Origin: Oceanispirochaeta sp. | GTDB lineage: Bacteria > Spirochaetota > Spirochaetia > DSM-2461 | DNA: 64,000 nucleotides | Direction: 5' to 3' | Assembly (NCBI GenBank): GCA_963666275.2 | Contig: CAXXOA010000003.1 | Span: 256,001-320,000, forward strand | In this document: positions 38,264 through 48,702 of the stretch, one piece after another | Layout: each line of letters starts with the position of its first letter | Numbering within the stretch: the stretch's first letter is position 1 | The notes under the pieces: model-generated | What the model saw: only the letters and a program-made list of their open reading frames with translations | Databases searched by the model: none | What the model was told of the DNA's origin: nothing | Made by a program: the position numbers and the translations under genes

Positions 38264-39693
38264 TCCTCCTGGGACTGGATATCGGAACAGGCAGTATGAA
38301 GGCGTCTCTCTGGAAAGACGGAGAGATTACCCAGTATTCCCATAGCTATGACAGCGCCGTATTCCTGAGGGGCTACTATCAGGACATCCCGGCCTTCAGC
38401 GGTTCGGTTCGTCAGTTTCTGTCTGAGATTATGAAGAGCCTGCCCGAAGGGGCTGCCCCCGACTGCCTGGCCCTCTCCTGCCACGGCCCCTCCCTGGTCT
38501 GTCTGGACAGCAGGGGCACTCCTCTGGGCAAGATGGACACATGGCAGAACCGCGATGCCTCGCCCCAGGCGGTCCGGATCAGAGAGGCCTATCCCGGTTT
38601 CGGCAGAGACGGGACTTCCTGGGAAGCCAAGTGCCTGAGGCAGTATGAGATGCTTCCTGACGGAGTGATCGATGCTTTTCTCTATCCGAAGGATTACATC
38701 AACTTCCTCCTGACCGGTGAGAAGGGATTTGACCGGTCCACAGCTTCGACCCTGATCTTCTTCAACAGGGACGAGAACAGTTGGAACACGGCGCCCCTGG
38801 GAATAGGAGAAGAGGTCTTTCCCCGGGTATTCGACTCATCCGAGTCTGTGGGCATGACAGGCACTTCCTACAGCCGGGAGTGCGCTCTGCCCGACGGTAT
38901 CCCTGTTCTGGCAGGGGGCATCGACGCCTACTGCGAAGCTCTGGGCGCCGGTGCTGTTTCCGTGGGGGATATTACCGAAGGATCGGGGACTTCAACCTGT
39001 CTGTCAGTCTGCGCTCCCCGGGGAACCGGAGACGATCATGTGATTCAGGACAAAGGTCTCCTGATGGCCATGATGTCCAGTACGGGGGCTTCGATCAACT
39101 GGCTTGAGTCGGTTTCCGGCCGGATAGGAGGGCTGAATGAGGATCCCCTCCCACTGGAGCTCCTTTTCCTCCCCTATCTGAACGGCGAAAGGAGTCCTTT
39201 CTGGGATGAAAAACTTCAGGGAGCCTTTCTGGGAATCACGGGAAATACCCGGCAGGAGGACCTTTACCGTTCTGTTCTGCAGGGGATTGCCTTTGGTATC
39301 AGACAGAATCTGGAAGCCCTGCCGCAGGAGCTTTTCGGAAGTGAAAAAAAGGTTTTTGCCGCCGGAGGGGGCGCGGAGAACGGCTACTGGCTTCAGATGA
39401 AAGCGGACATCCTGGAGATTCCCTTCATACAGCCAGTTTTTAAAGATACGGCCTCTCTGGGGGGGCTGGCCCTGTGCGGCTACTATCTGAACAGGGGGGT
39501 GAGTGCAGCGGAACTGGGACTTCCCCGGGTGAAACATATCTTTTCCCCCACAGGTCTTTCCTGGAAGAGGGAAGCCTATGACGATCTCTACCGGGAGTAT
39601 CGGAAGGCAGCGGAAATTCTCAAAGGATCCTTCCACAGTTTGTGGGACATAAAACAGAAAATACAATACTCCAAGGAGATGAAATTGATATGA
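38260..39693 (+). CDS. FGGY-family carbohydrate kinase
   Basis: LGLDIGTGS.K, GSGTS, FLPYLNGERSPFWD, GGGA. Confidence 0.9.
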   Translation: MILLGLDIGTGSMKASLWKDGEITQYSHSYDSAVFLRGYYQDIPAFSGSVRQFLSEIMKSLPEGAAPDCLALSCHGPSLVCLDSRGTPLGKMDTWQNRDASPQAVRIREAYPGFGRDGTSWEAKCLRQYEMLPDGVIDAFLYPKDYINFLLTGEKGFDRSTASTLIFFNRDENSWNTAPLGIGEEVFPRVFDSSESVGMTGTSYSRECALPDGIPVLAGGIDAYCEALGAGAVSVGDITEGSGTSTCLSVCAPRGTGDDHVIQDKGLLMAMMSSTGASINWLESVSGRIGGLNEDPLPLELLFLPYLNGERSPFWDEKLQGAFLGITGNTRQEDLYRSVLQGIAFGIRQNLEALPQELFGSEKKVFAAGGGAENGYWLQMKADILEIPFIQPVFKDTASLGGLALCGYYLNRGVSAAELGLPRVKHIFSPTGLSWKREAYDDLYREYRKAAEILKGSFHSLWDIKQKIQYSKEMKLI

Positions 39694-40475
39694 GACGAAT
39701 GGCAAATCTGTTCGGAAAGGATGGTAAAACCGTTATTTTACCAATTGACCATGGTGCTTCTCTCAACGTCTATCCGGCGTTGAACCAGCCGGACTACATC
39801 ATCAGCCGCTGCCGGGAAGCCGGAGCCGATGCGGTTCTCACAACGTTCGGCGTTGCCCGAAAGTTCGAGAAACAGCTGAGCGGATGCGGGCTGATTCTGA
39901 GAATGGACGGGGGCAACAGCCAGCTGGGAACCGCATCAGGCGATGCTCTGCTCTACTCTCTGGAAACCGCTCTGAAAATGGGCGCCGACGCTGTGGCCTG
40001 TATGGGATTCCTCGGAACGGATAATGAAAAAACCACTCTGAAGAATCTGGCTTTTCTGGGAGAAAAGTGCCGGGACTGGGGAGTTCCCCTGATGGCTGAA
40101 ATGCTCCCCGGAGGATTTTCCAATACGCCGGAGAAGAGTGCCGAAAATGTCAGACTGGCTGCACGGATCGGTGCAGAACTGGGAGCAACGATCATCAAAA
40201 CGACCTTTGCCGGTTCAAAAGAGGAGTTCAGCGCCATTGTGGAGAGCTGCTATGTTCCTCTTGTGATCCTGGGAGGGGCTCACAGCTCCGATTTTTCCTC
40301 ACTCCTTGAAACTGTGGAAACCAGCAATGCCTGCGGTGCCGCCGGAGTGGCTATAGGCCGGAATGTCTGGGGCCAGAAAGATCCCTATCCCAGGATGAAG
40401 AGCCTCTGCCGTCTGGTTCACGACAATGCAGGGGCGGATGAGGTCCTGAAAGAGCTGAAGGGGTATGAATCATGA
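39690..40475 (+). CDS. Class I aldolase (DhnA/LsrF family)
   Basis: PIDHG, MGADAV, AELGA..IKT, ILGG, GVAIGRNVW. Confidence 0.88.
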   Translation: MRRMANLFGKDGKTVILPIDHGASLNVYPALNQPDYIISRCREAGADAVLTTFGVARKFEKQLSGCGLILRMDGGNSQLGTASGDALLYSLETALKMGADAVACMGFLGTDNEKTTLKNLAFLGEKCRDWGVPLMAEMLPGGFSNTPEKSAENVRLAARIGAELGATIIKTTFAGSKEEFSAIVESCYVPLVILGGAHSSDFSSLLETVETSNACGAAGVAIGRNVWGQKDPYPRMKSLCRLVHDNAGADEVLKELKGYES

Positions 40476-41500
40476 AGGCTCTGACGGTTACAGCACCGGA
40501 AACAGTAGAAATCCGGGAGGTCTCTTCTCCTGAACTGATGCCGGGATTTGTCCGCATCAGAATTGAATACTGTCTTATCTGCACCTGGGAAAAGAGGATC
40601 TTCTCCGGTCAGGCTTCTCTGCCTTTTGTTCCCGGCCACGAAGCTTCGGGAATCATCGAAGAAGTCCATGCCGATACGGTGACCTCTTTCAAACCCGGGG
40701 ATCACGTGGTATTCAAAACCCTGGATCACTGCGGTCACTGCCGCTTCTGCTACACCGGAGAAACCAATCTCTGTACCGGAGTGTCCCGTAAGCGGGAGTA
40801 CGACGGAACTCCCGGAAGCGGGGGAATGGCCCAGTATATCGATCTGGAACCGGGACGGATCTTCAAGGTGAACAAAGATATTCCCCTGGAGATTGCCGCC
40901 TTTGCGGAACCCCTGGCCTGCTGCTATCACAGCATCATGAGAGCCGATATCAAACCGGGCGATTATGTCGGGATATCCGGCGGGGGCATTATGGGGCAGC
41001 TTCACGGTCTTCTGGCTCTTTCCAGGGGGGCGAAGGTCCTGCTTATCGAGCCCGATGAGACCAAAGCCGAACTGGCGCTGAAATCGGGAATCCACAGAGT
41101 TTGTCACCCCTTCAAAGAGACGTTATCCGAAACAGTTGCTGATTTTACAGGGGGGGGACTGCTTGACTGCTATATCATTACCACCCCCCAGCTGGCTATT
41201 GCCGAAGAGGCTCCCCGGCATGTGAGAAACTCGGGCAGCATTATCTTTTACGGCTCCTTCCATCCCAGGGGGACCATTGCTCTGGATCCCAACGGGGTGC
41301 ACTACAGTCAGCATGTGATAACAGGCTCCTACAGCCCCTCGACAGAGGATTTCTTCCGGGCGGCCCGGCTTCTTTCGGAAAGTCTGGTGGATATGAACCC
41401 GTATCTCAACAGGGTTTACTCTCTTGAAGATGCAGAAAGCGCTTTCAGGGACTCCCTGAAACCGGAGAACTACAGGATTGCCATCAAGTTGCAGGATTAG
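40472..41500 (+). CDS. Zn-dependent alcohol/polyol dehydrogenase
   Basis: PGHEASG, CGHCRFC..G..NLC, EPLAC, GGGIMG. Confidence 0.9.
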   Translation: MKALTVTAPETVEIREVSSPELMPGFVRIRIEYCLICTWEKRIFSGQASLPFVPGHEASGIIEEVHADTVTSFKPGDHVVFKTLDHCGHCRFCYTGETNLCTGVSRKREYDGTPGSGGMAQYIDLEPGRIFKVNKDIPLEIAAFAEPLACCYHSIMRADIKPGDYVGISGGGIMGQLHGLLALSRGAKVLLIEPDETKAELALKSGIHRVCHPFKETLSETVADFTGGGLLDCYIITTPQLAIAEEAPRHVRNSGSIIFYGSFHPRGTIALDPNGVHYSQHVITGSYSPSTEDFFRAARLLSESLVDMNPYLNRVYSLEDAESAFRDSLKPENYRIAIKLQD

Positions 41501-41564
41501 AATCTCTGCGTTTGACAATAGGAATTGAATGCCTGGTACAGGCAGAATTTTATGGAGGAATTTT

Positions 41565-42899
41565 ATGAAAAAATTGGTGAGTGTGCTGTGTACTCTTCTC
41601 ACAGCGTCGGTTTTTCTGTTTGGCGGAGGTTCCCAGGAAACAGCGGGAACAGACTCTTCCTCTTCGCTCCCTTTCGAGGGTGTCTCTCTGACCATGGCTG
41701 TCTGCGCGGAACAGTATGCGGACTACCTCAAGGTTATGGCGGAATCCTTTGAAGAGGAAACCGGTGCGGAAGTGATGATCGATATCATCGGGTATGTGGA
41801 GCTGTATCAGAAGATAACACAGGACTATGCTTCAGATACAAAACTCTACGATCTGGCGACCGTGGATATCATGTGGACCGGTGAATTCGAAGACAAGGGA
41901 TTTACAATGGATCTGACAGATCTTATGGACGCCGATGCGGATGAGATTGATCTGGAAGACATTATTCCCGTTATGTGGTCCATGGGATCCTGGAACGGAA
42001 AACAGATCGCCTTTCCCATGGCCGGCTACGCCAACAGCCTGATCTACCGCTCGGACCTTCTTGCCGATCCTGCTGAGATGGCCGCTTTCGAAAGCAGATA
42101 CGGATACGAACTGGGGGTTCCCGAATCTCTGGAAGCCCTGGAGGATATTGCCGAGTTCTTTACAAGACCTGATGAGAACCTTTACGGTCTTGTCGCCAAC
42201 GGAGCCAGAGGCTCTGCCGTGGCCCAGGACTGGATGGAGTATATGAGAGCCTTCGGCGCCTCCCTGTTTGATGCAGAGGGCAATGTGAGCATCAATACAC
42301 CCCAGGCGAAAGAGTCTCTGGAATTTTTTGTCAGAATCTTTGACAACTATGCCCCTCCCGGAGCCATCGGTTACTGGTGGGACGACAGAGAATCCGCCTA
42401 CAGAACCGGACAGGCTGTGATGCAGTCCAGCTGGAGTATTGCCAGAGCCGGATACGAAGATCCCGATATCTCTCTTGTGGTGGGTAAAACCGGTATGACC
42501 GAAACTCCGAAAGTGGATTCCGATGACTCTCTCTACGGTGTCGGCGGTTGGGGTGTCGGTATCAATTCCGATATCGATGACAGGAACAAAGAGGCTTCCT
42601 GGGCCTTTGTCAAATACATCACAGGGGCGGAAATGCAGAAAAAATGGATGCTCAACGACGGAGCTCCCATCCGCTATTCCACTCTGACCGACAAGGAACT
42701 TCTGAAAGAGAAACCCTGGATGCCCGCTATGCTGAATGTGTTTGAAAACGGAGACGGAGACTACCGCCCCCGGGGACCTGAAGCAACAGAGATCCAGAAC
42801 GCTCTCGGCCTGAGAGTCAACCAGGCCATCACCCATGAACTGACTGTAGATGAAGCTATCACAAAGATGGAAGAAGATATTACAGCCATAATGGAATAA
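41565..42899 (+). CDS. Carbohydrate ABC transporter substrate-binding protein
   Basis: GGAGG RBS; signal peptide MKKL...FGGGSQE; GGWG.GIN. Confidence 0.88.
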   Translation: MKKLVSVLCTLLTASVFLFGGGSQETAGTDSSSSLPFEGVSLTMAVCAEQYADYLKVMAESFEEETGAEVMIDIIGYVELYQKITQDYASDTKLYDLATVDIMWTGEFEDKGFTMDLTDLMDADADEIDLEDIIPVMWSMGSWNGKQIAFPMAGYANSLIYRSDLLADPAEMAAFESRYGYELGVPESLEALEDIAEFFTRPDENLYGLVANGARGSAVAQDWMEYMRAFGASLFDAEGNVSINTPQAKESLEFFVRIFDNYAPPGAIGYWWDDRESAYRTGQAVMQSSWSIARAGYEDPDISLVVGKTGMTETPKVDSDDSLYGVGGWGVGINSDIDDRNKEASWAFVKYITGAEMQKKWMLNDGAPIRYSTLTDKELLKEKPWMPAMLNVFENGDGDYRPRGPEATEIQNALGLRVNQAITHELTVDEAITKMEEDITAIME

Positions 42900-42965
42900 A
42901 GCTATTTCGACAGTATTCCCGCTCTGTGCGGGGATACTGTCATATCCTGCCAAACGAGGTTTTCA

Positions 42966-43859
42966 GTGTTACGGCATAGATCACAAAAAAAATACTATAA
43001 AGATAGGATCGCCCTTTTTCTTATTCCCCTGAGTCTGTATATGGTGGTGTTCTTTCTCTATCCCGTCGTCTATGATATTTTTATCAGTTTCTTCGACTAC
43101 TCCCTGGGTGGGGAACGGGACTTCAACTACGGAAAAAACTACATCGCCATGTTCGGGGATGAACAGTTCCTGGGCTCTTTGAAGACTACCTTCCTTTTTA
43201 TCCTTTACTGCGTGGTAAGCCAGATGGTCCTGGGGATTGTCATCGCGATGCTTTTCAATATCAAGTCGAAGTTTATCGAGTTCTGCAGAACCCTGATCCT
43301 TCTACCCACGGTTTTTACTCCCCTGGTTGTGGGGCTGCTCTGGAAAGCCCTCTACCATCCCGATCAGGGTGTGATCACCTACTATCTGAGACAGATCGGT
43401 CTGGATATAGGCAGAGGTCTGCTTGTGGAAAGGCACCTGGCTCTTATGGGAGTTGTCATTATAGATATCTGGGAGTGGACTCCTCTTGTGGCAATCATCA
43501 TCCTTGCGGGTATGAAAAGTCTGCCCAGGGACCCCTATGAAGCGGCTATGCTGGACGGTGCGGGAAAAATATCGATCTTCCGTTACATTACACTGCCCTT
43601 GCTGAAACCGACTCTTCTGATTGCCGTCCTGATAAGGATCCTGGATGCCATGAAGGTCTTCGATACCATATTTGCCACCACCAACGGAGGCCCAGGAACA
43701 GCCACCACCGTGGCCAACCTGAGGATCTACGAAGTGGGAGTCCAGCAGCTGAATGTGGGATATGCCGCAGCCCTGTCCAATGTTCTCCTCCTCTTCGGAA
43801 TCCTTCTGGGGTCTCTGTTTATGCATATTCTCTATAACAACAAGGAGAGGGTTTTATGA
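42966..43859 (+). CDS. Carbohydrate ABC permease (MalF-like)
   Basis: YEAAMLDGA EAA loop; TNGGPG. Confidence 0.9.
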   Translation: MLRHRSQKKYYKDRIALFLIPLSLYMVVFFLYPVVYDIFISFFDYSLGGERDFNYGKNYIAMFGDEQFLGSLKTTFLFILYCVVSQMVLGIVIAMLFNIKSKFIEFCRTLILLPTVFTPLVVGLLWKALYHPDQGVITYYLRQIGLDIGRGLLVERHLALMGVVIIDIWEWTPLVAIIILAGMKSLPRDPYEAAMLDGAGKISIFRYITLPLLKPTLLIAVLIRILDAMKVFDTIFATTNGGPGTATTVANLRIYEVGVQQLNVGYAAALSNVLLLFGILLGSLFMHILYNNKERVL

Positions 43860-44689
43860 CAATAAGCGACAACCGGGAGTATACCCGCTGGATCCGTTAT
43901 ATTTTTATCGCCCTGATCCTGGGATTCTTTCTCATCCCTGTTCTGTGGCTACTGGAAACATCTCTGAAACTGAAAATCGATATGTTCAAACTGCCGCCGG
44001 TCTGGTTCAAGTTCCGGCCCACCATGAAGAACTATGACTATATTACAAGCTCCATGCCTATCCTGAAATGGGGCGGCAACAGTCTGGCTATTTCGCTGGG
44101 AACAATGATCCTTTCGCTCCTTCTGGGAGTTCCCGCCGGGTATGCCTTTTCCAGAGTAAAGTTCAAGGGCCGCTTTTTTCTGCTGACCTTTATCCTCCTG
44201 GCCCGGACTCTGCCTCCTGTGATCATTGTCCTGCCTTTCCGGATTCTTATGCAGAAAATGGGACTCTTCGGAACCAGGACGGCGGTTATCCTTATCGATA
44301 CCATATACAACGCCTCCTTTACCGCCTGGCTGATGTCGGGAATCTTTGAAACCGTTCCGGAAGAGCTGGAGGAGGCTGCCATCATCGACGGCTGCGGAGT
44401 ATTCAAGGCTTTCTACAAAGTCATCGTTCCCCTGAGCCTGCCCGGTCTTGTGACATCGGCGCTCTTCGCTTTCATCTACTCCTGGAATGATTTCATATTC
44501 GCCATGACCCTGACCTCGCCCAGAACGGCGACCCTGCCGCTGGGAATGCTCAGTACCTTCGGTATGATGAGTGTGGGCTGGACCAATATGGCGGCTATGG
44601 GAGTTATTTCAGTGTTTCCGGTGATGATCCTTTCGCTCTGTCTCCAGAAGTACTATGTCAGCGGACTGACCTTCGGAGGAGTCAAATAG
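43856..44689 (+). CDS. Carbohydrate ABC permease (MalG-like)
   Basis: LEEAAIIDG, SWNDF, GLTFGGVK. Confidence 0.9.
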   Translation: MTISDNREYTRWIRYIFIALILGFFLIPVLWLLETSLKLKIDMFKLPPVWFKFRPTMKNYDYITSSMPILKWGGNSLAISLGTMILSLLLGVPAGYAFSRVKFKGRFFLLTFILLARTLPPVIIVLPFRILMQKMGLFGTRTAVILIDTIYNASFTAWLMSGIFETVPEELEEAAIIDGCGVFKAFYKVIVPLSLPGLVTSALFAFIYSWNDFIFAMTLTSPRTATLPLGMLSTFGMMSVGWTNMAAMGVISVFPVMILSLCLQKYYVSGLTFGGVK

Positions 44690-44690
44690 A

Positions 44691-45890
44691 GTGATCCGGC
44701 GATGTTACACCAATCTCAGTCTCTTTGCGGGCAGGGACTTCGAATACCTGCCCGAGGCGTCCATCTATACAGAAGGAGACAGGATCTCCGAGATCAGAAG
44801 CGGAACCGATCCCTCGGGTCTCGATATGGAAGGCTCCCTGTTCCTTCCGGCCTTTATCAACGGTCACTCCCACCTGGGAGATACTGGTGCTAAAGACCTG
44901 GGAATCGGCCTGTCCCTGGAGGAGGCCGTGTCGCCGCCGGATGGTTTAAAGCACCGGTATCTGAGGAGCCAGAGCCGGGATGAGCTTGTCTCTACTATGC
45001 GCAGGGGCCTCCTGGAGATGCTTCTGTGCGGAATCACAGCCTGTGCGGATTTCAGGGAGGGCGGCCCTGAAGGCTCTGCCGCTCTCAGGGAAGCTGCTGG
45101 AGGGCTCCCCATTCAGGTTCTCATCCTGGGGAGACCCCTGACGGAGGAGAAGGACAATCCCGAAGAGTGTCTGAGGGAAGTTGACAGGATTCTGGCTGTG
45201 GCGGACGGCCTGGGAATCCCCTCTATGACTGCCTTTTCCACTCCTTTCCTGAAAGGGATAAGAAAAAAATATCCCGGCAAGATCCTGGCCGCCCATGGTC
45301 TGGAAGCATCGGAAAATATCCTTCAGAAGCAGGGATTGTCCCACTCCGCAGAGCTGGGGAAAATCCTCAGGGATCCCCTGGATTTTGTTGTACATCTGAC
45401 TCAGGGAACTCCCCGGGACATCCGGAAGTTATCCCGGAGGGGAATGAAAATTATAAGCTGTCCCCGGACCAATGCGATTCTGGGAGACGGAATCCCCCGG
45501 ACAGACCTTTTTGCAAAGGAGGGGCTGACCTGGGGAATGGGCAGTGACAATATGATGTTTTCCAGTCCGGAAATGCTGAAAGAGGCTGATTTTGCCTCCC
45601 GTTCCATCCGGGGGCTACTGAAAAAGCCAGACTGCCTTCATGGGTCTCTTCTGAAAAATATCACCTGGATGGGGGCAGACGTGCTGGGGCTTGGAAAAGA
45701 TTACGGCTCTCTGGAGCCGGGGGCTTACGCCAGCTTCATAGGCCTTTCCGGCACTTCTCATGCTGTCTCGGGTTCCCATAATCTCCTTGACAGTATCATT
45801 CACCGGACAGGGCTCAGCGATATCCGATATTTTGTCTCCCACGGAGTGGACGTCCTATCCCGGGGGGAATGGCAGCTGGAAGGGTTCTGA
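44691..45890 (+). CDS. Amidohydrolase (nucleoside-deaminase-like)
   Basis: FINGHSHLGD, DFREGG, CPRTN, GSDN. Confidence 0.8.
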   Translation: MIRRCYTNLSLFAGRDFEYLPEASIYTEGDRISEIRSGTDPSGLDMEGSLFLPAFINGHSHLGDTGAKDLGIGLSLEEAVSPPDGLKHRYLRSQSRDELVSTMRRGLLEMLLCGITACADFREGGPEGSAALREAAGGLPIQVLILGRPLTEEKDNPEECLREVDRILAVADGLGIPSMTAFSTPFLKGIRKKYPGKILAAHGLEASENILQKQGLSHSAELGKILRDPLDFVVHLTQGTPRDIRKLSRRGMKIISCPRTNAILGDGIPRTDLFAKEGLTWGMGSDNMMFSSPEMLKEADFASRSIRGLLKKPDCLHGSLLKNITWMGADVLGLGKDYGSLEPGAYASFIGLSGTSHAVSGSHNLLDSIIHRTGLSDIRYFVSHGVDVLSRGEWQLEGF

Positions 45891-45897
45891 TCCGGTT

Positions 45898-45932
45898 AAA
45901 AAAAAGGATCTTCCATTTCGGGAAGACCCTTT
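45898..45932. terminator. Bidirectional terminator between convergent genes
   Basis: A-run, ggatcttcc/ggaagaccc stem, T-run. Confidence 0.6.
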
Positions 45933-45947
45933 ACTCAGTTCAAATCT

Positions 45948-46643
45948 TTACTGAATCACACCGTTCACCCAGGTTCCGCTTCTGGCTTCGCCCTCTGCCG
46001 AGGGAATCGTCAGAATCATATCCGGGAGGATCAGACGGGGATTTTCCGGCTGGGGGAGCTTGTCTTTATTGGCTTCGTAGATAAGCTTCCACTTCCAGGG
46101 ATCTCCGTAGACAAAATCGTAGCCGGCTATATTCCACAGGCAGTCCCGGTTATCGGGAAGCAGTCTTACTTTGTAAGCTGCCACTTTGGCTCCATCCGGG
46201 CGGATATAGTGGATCACTGACATCACTTCCAGGGCTTCCAGAGACTTGTCATAACTTGTCAGGTACTCTTCGTCCTGAAAGAGCTGATAGGCCTCTTCGT
46301 AGAGAGCCTTTCCCGACTGATAGGCTTCAGGAAAGTTCTCTGCCGCATTCACATTGTCTGCCGAGCGGATCTGTGTTTCCACCCTGCGCAGAGCTGAGTT
46401 GGCTTTGTACCGGTTCAGCATCATTTTGATCCAGGCATCAGACCGTTCGGCGTAGACTTTGGATTCTTCCGCCAGCCGTTTGGCTTCCAGATAGTCGCCA
46501 TCGTCAAAGGCCTGTTCACTCTGCCTCTTCAGCTCCAGTGATTTCCTGTAATCGGGGTTATCCTGGAGGGACTGGGAGAAAAGGGCTGTTGTAAAACAGC
46601 TCAGGACTATCAGGGTAAAAAGCAGGGCAGCTGTCCTTTTCAT
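45948..46643 (-). CDS. Secreted protein with C-terminal LysM-like domain
   Basis: Signal peptide; DCLWNIA..VYGDP.KW..IYEAN...P.LI.P...L.IP. Confidence 0.85.
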   Translation of the reverse strand: MKRTAALLFTLIVLSCFTTALFSQSLQDNPDYRKSLELKRQSEQAFDDGDYLEAKRLAEESKVYAERSDAWIKMMLNRYKANSALRRVETQIRSADNVNAAENFPEAYQSGKALYEEAYQLFQDEEYLTSYDKSLEALEVMSVIHYIRPDGAKVAAYKVRLLPDNRDCLWNIAGYDFVYGDPWKWKLIYEANKDKLPQPENPRLILPDMILTIPSAEGEARSGTWVNGVIQ

Positions 46644-47122
46644 CAGTTCTCCTCCTGTTCTGCTTCTTCAGCAGCTTCCTGAGCGCTCTTTTCCGCATTG
46701 GAAATCGCGGCATCCGCATCGTTCATGGCCCTCAGGGCTTCCTCTCTTCTTGTGTCGGCAGTCTCTTTGGCTGCTTTGAACCCCTGAGCGGCCCCGCTGT
46801 AGGCTTCATAGGCTCCTTCCAGATCGTCCGCTGTATCCAGAGACTCTCCCTCTTCATAGAGCGCTACCGCAGCTTCAAACTCCTGAGGCGCTGCTTTGGG
46901 CGCTTTCGCATTTTCCGCATCAAAACGGGCGGTGTCAGCGCTGTTTTTTGCTTCGCTGACTCTGGTTCTGTCTATGGCAGTGGTCTGAGTGGTTCCCTCT
47001 TCTTCTGTGGTTTCCTGAACAACCTCTTCTTCAACAGGAGCTTCGGTGGAAGCACAACCGGAAAAAAGCCAGAGGATCAGCAGGGCGGCACCCAGCAGGG
47101 GTAACTTCTTTTTTAATTTCAT
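46643..47122 (-). CDS. Helical lipoprotein (DUF4398-like)
   Basis: Lipobox FSGC; Ala/Glu-rich helices. Confidence 0.75.
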   Translation of the reverse strand: MKLKKKLPLLGAALLILWLFSGCASTEAPVEEEVVQETTEEEGTTQTTAIDRTRVSEAKNSADTARFDAENAKAPKAAPQEFEAAVALYEEGESLDTADDLEGAYEAYSGAAQGFKAAKETADTRREEALRAMNDADAAISNAEKSAQEAAEEAEQEEN

Positions 47123-47317
47123 TTTATCTCCTTCTCAAACTGAAACAGATTTACTCTATTATAAACATCATTGTTTACTAAATAATACACTCTTTCAAAT
47201 GTTTTTTAAGGTTTTCCAGTTCTTTCTTTCTTTGAATTTTCTACTCTTGCGTTTGGAGTGATAATGAAATAGAATAATAATTCAATAGAAAAGAAATAAA
47301 AGGGGAATCGAAAGGTT

Positions 47318-48652
47318 ATGGAAAATAGGTCCCATCAAGCCCAATTGGAAAAACTGAATGTTTCCAACGAAGAGGACAGGCTGAAAGCTCTTGAAAAGTT
47401 AACGGAAGACTCTGCTCTGATGGCAACTCTTCCCGCAGAAAGCGATGAAGTGAATAATCATGTGCATACCACATACTCATTCAGTCCCTACTCACCAACC
47501 GCGTCGGTATGGTTTGCCCGGAAAGCCGGACTGAAGGCTGTGGGAAGTATGGACCATGACAGTATCGGCGCTGCTGAGGAAACGATCAGAGCGGGTAAAA
47601 TCCTGGGAATGGCTACCACTGTGGGCTTCGAAGTCAGAGTGAACTTTACAGGCACCTCCGTGGAGGGCAGAAAGCTGAACAACCCGGACTCCAATAACAT
47701 TGTATATATGACAGTTCACGGTATACCGGCTGATCAGATCGGAAAGGCTGCAGAGTTCCTGAAACCTATACAGCAGGAGAGGAATAAAAGAAACAGAAAA
47801 GAGACAGAGGCTCTCAATGCCCTGATCACTCCTCTGGGGCTGGATCCTCTGGACTTTGATAAAGATGTGTATGACCAGTCCGAAGCGGCCCGGGGCGGAG
47901 GGATTACAGAACGGCATATCCTTTATGCCCTGTCCCGCAAAATTGTGGAGAAAGCCGGAAAAGGGGAGAGCCTTGTTGCGTTTCTGGAAGAGACCATGAA
48001 GCTTTCCATAACGGGGAAAATCCGGGAGTTCCTGCTGGATCAGGAGAACCCCCACTATCTCTATGACCTTCTGGGAATCCTCAAGGGGAATTTCCTCTCC
48101 CGGTTTTTTATTCAGCCCGATGAAAAAGAGTGTCCTTCCGTTTTTGATGTGGTCCGTTTCGGGAATGAAATCAACGCCATTCCCTCCTACGCCTATCTGG
48201 GTGATGTGGGCGAAAGTCCCACGGGTGATAAAAAAGCGGAAAAGTTCGAAGATGACTTTCTGGATGATCTGATCGGGGATCTCAAAAAAATAGGCTTTAA
48301 AGCTGTGACCTATATGCCCCCCCGGAATACACTGGAACAGCTGAAACGGGTTCAGAAACTCTGTGCTCAGCACGGCCTGATGGAAATCAGCGGAGTGGAT
48401 ATCAATTCCTCCCGCCAGAGTTTCAACTGCCCCGAAATCCTCCAGCCTGATTTTACCCATCTGATTACAGCCACCTGGGCCCTGATCGCGCATGAGAAAC
48501 TGGCCGCTCAGGATGCAAAGTACAGCCTCTTCCATCCGGAGAATCCCCTGAAGGATCTCTCTCTGAACGATAGAATCGCCCGTTACGGTGCTCTGGGAGA
48601 AAAGATGGACCGTCACTCTCCCGAGTCACTGATCGACGCTGTCGATTTCTGA
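47318..48652 (+). CDS. PHP-domain protein
   Basis: NNHVHT.YS, MDHD, GFE. Confidence 0.8.
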   Translation: MENRSHQAQLEKLNVSNEEDRLKALEKLTEDSALMATLPAESDEVNNHVHTTYSFSPYSPTASVWFARKAGLKAVGSMDHDSIGAAEETIRAGKILGMATTVGFEVRVNFTGTSVEGRKLNNPDSNNIVYMTVHGIPADQIGKAAEFLKPIQQERNKRNRKETEALNALITPLGLDPLDFDKDVYDQSEAARGGGITERHILYALSRKIVEKAGKGESLVAFLEETMKLSITGKIREFLLDQENPHYLYDLLGILKGNFLSRFFIQPDEKECPSVFDVVRFGNEINAIPSYAYLGDVGESPTGDKKAEKFEDDFLDDLIGDLKKIGFKAVTYMPPRNTLEQLKRVQKLCAQHGLMEISGVDINSSRQSFNCPEILQPDFTHLITATWALIAHEKLAAQDAKYSLFHPENPLKDLSLNDRIARYGALGEKMDRHSPESLIDAVDF

Positions 48653-48673
48653 TTCCTGGGGATTCGAGACTCT

Positions 48674-48702
48674 AAAAAAGCCCCTGATGCAGGGGCTTTT
48701 TT
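48674..48702. terminator. Bidirectional terminator
   Basis: aaaaaagcccctg-atg-caggggctttttt. Confidence 0.8.
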
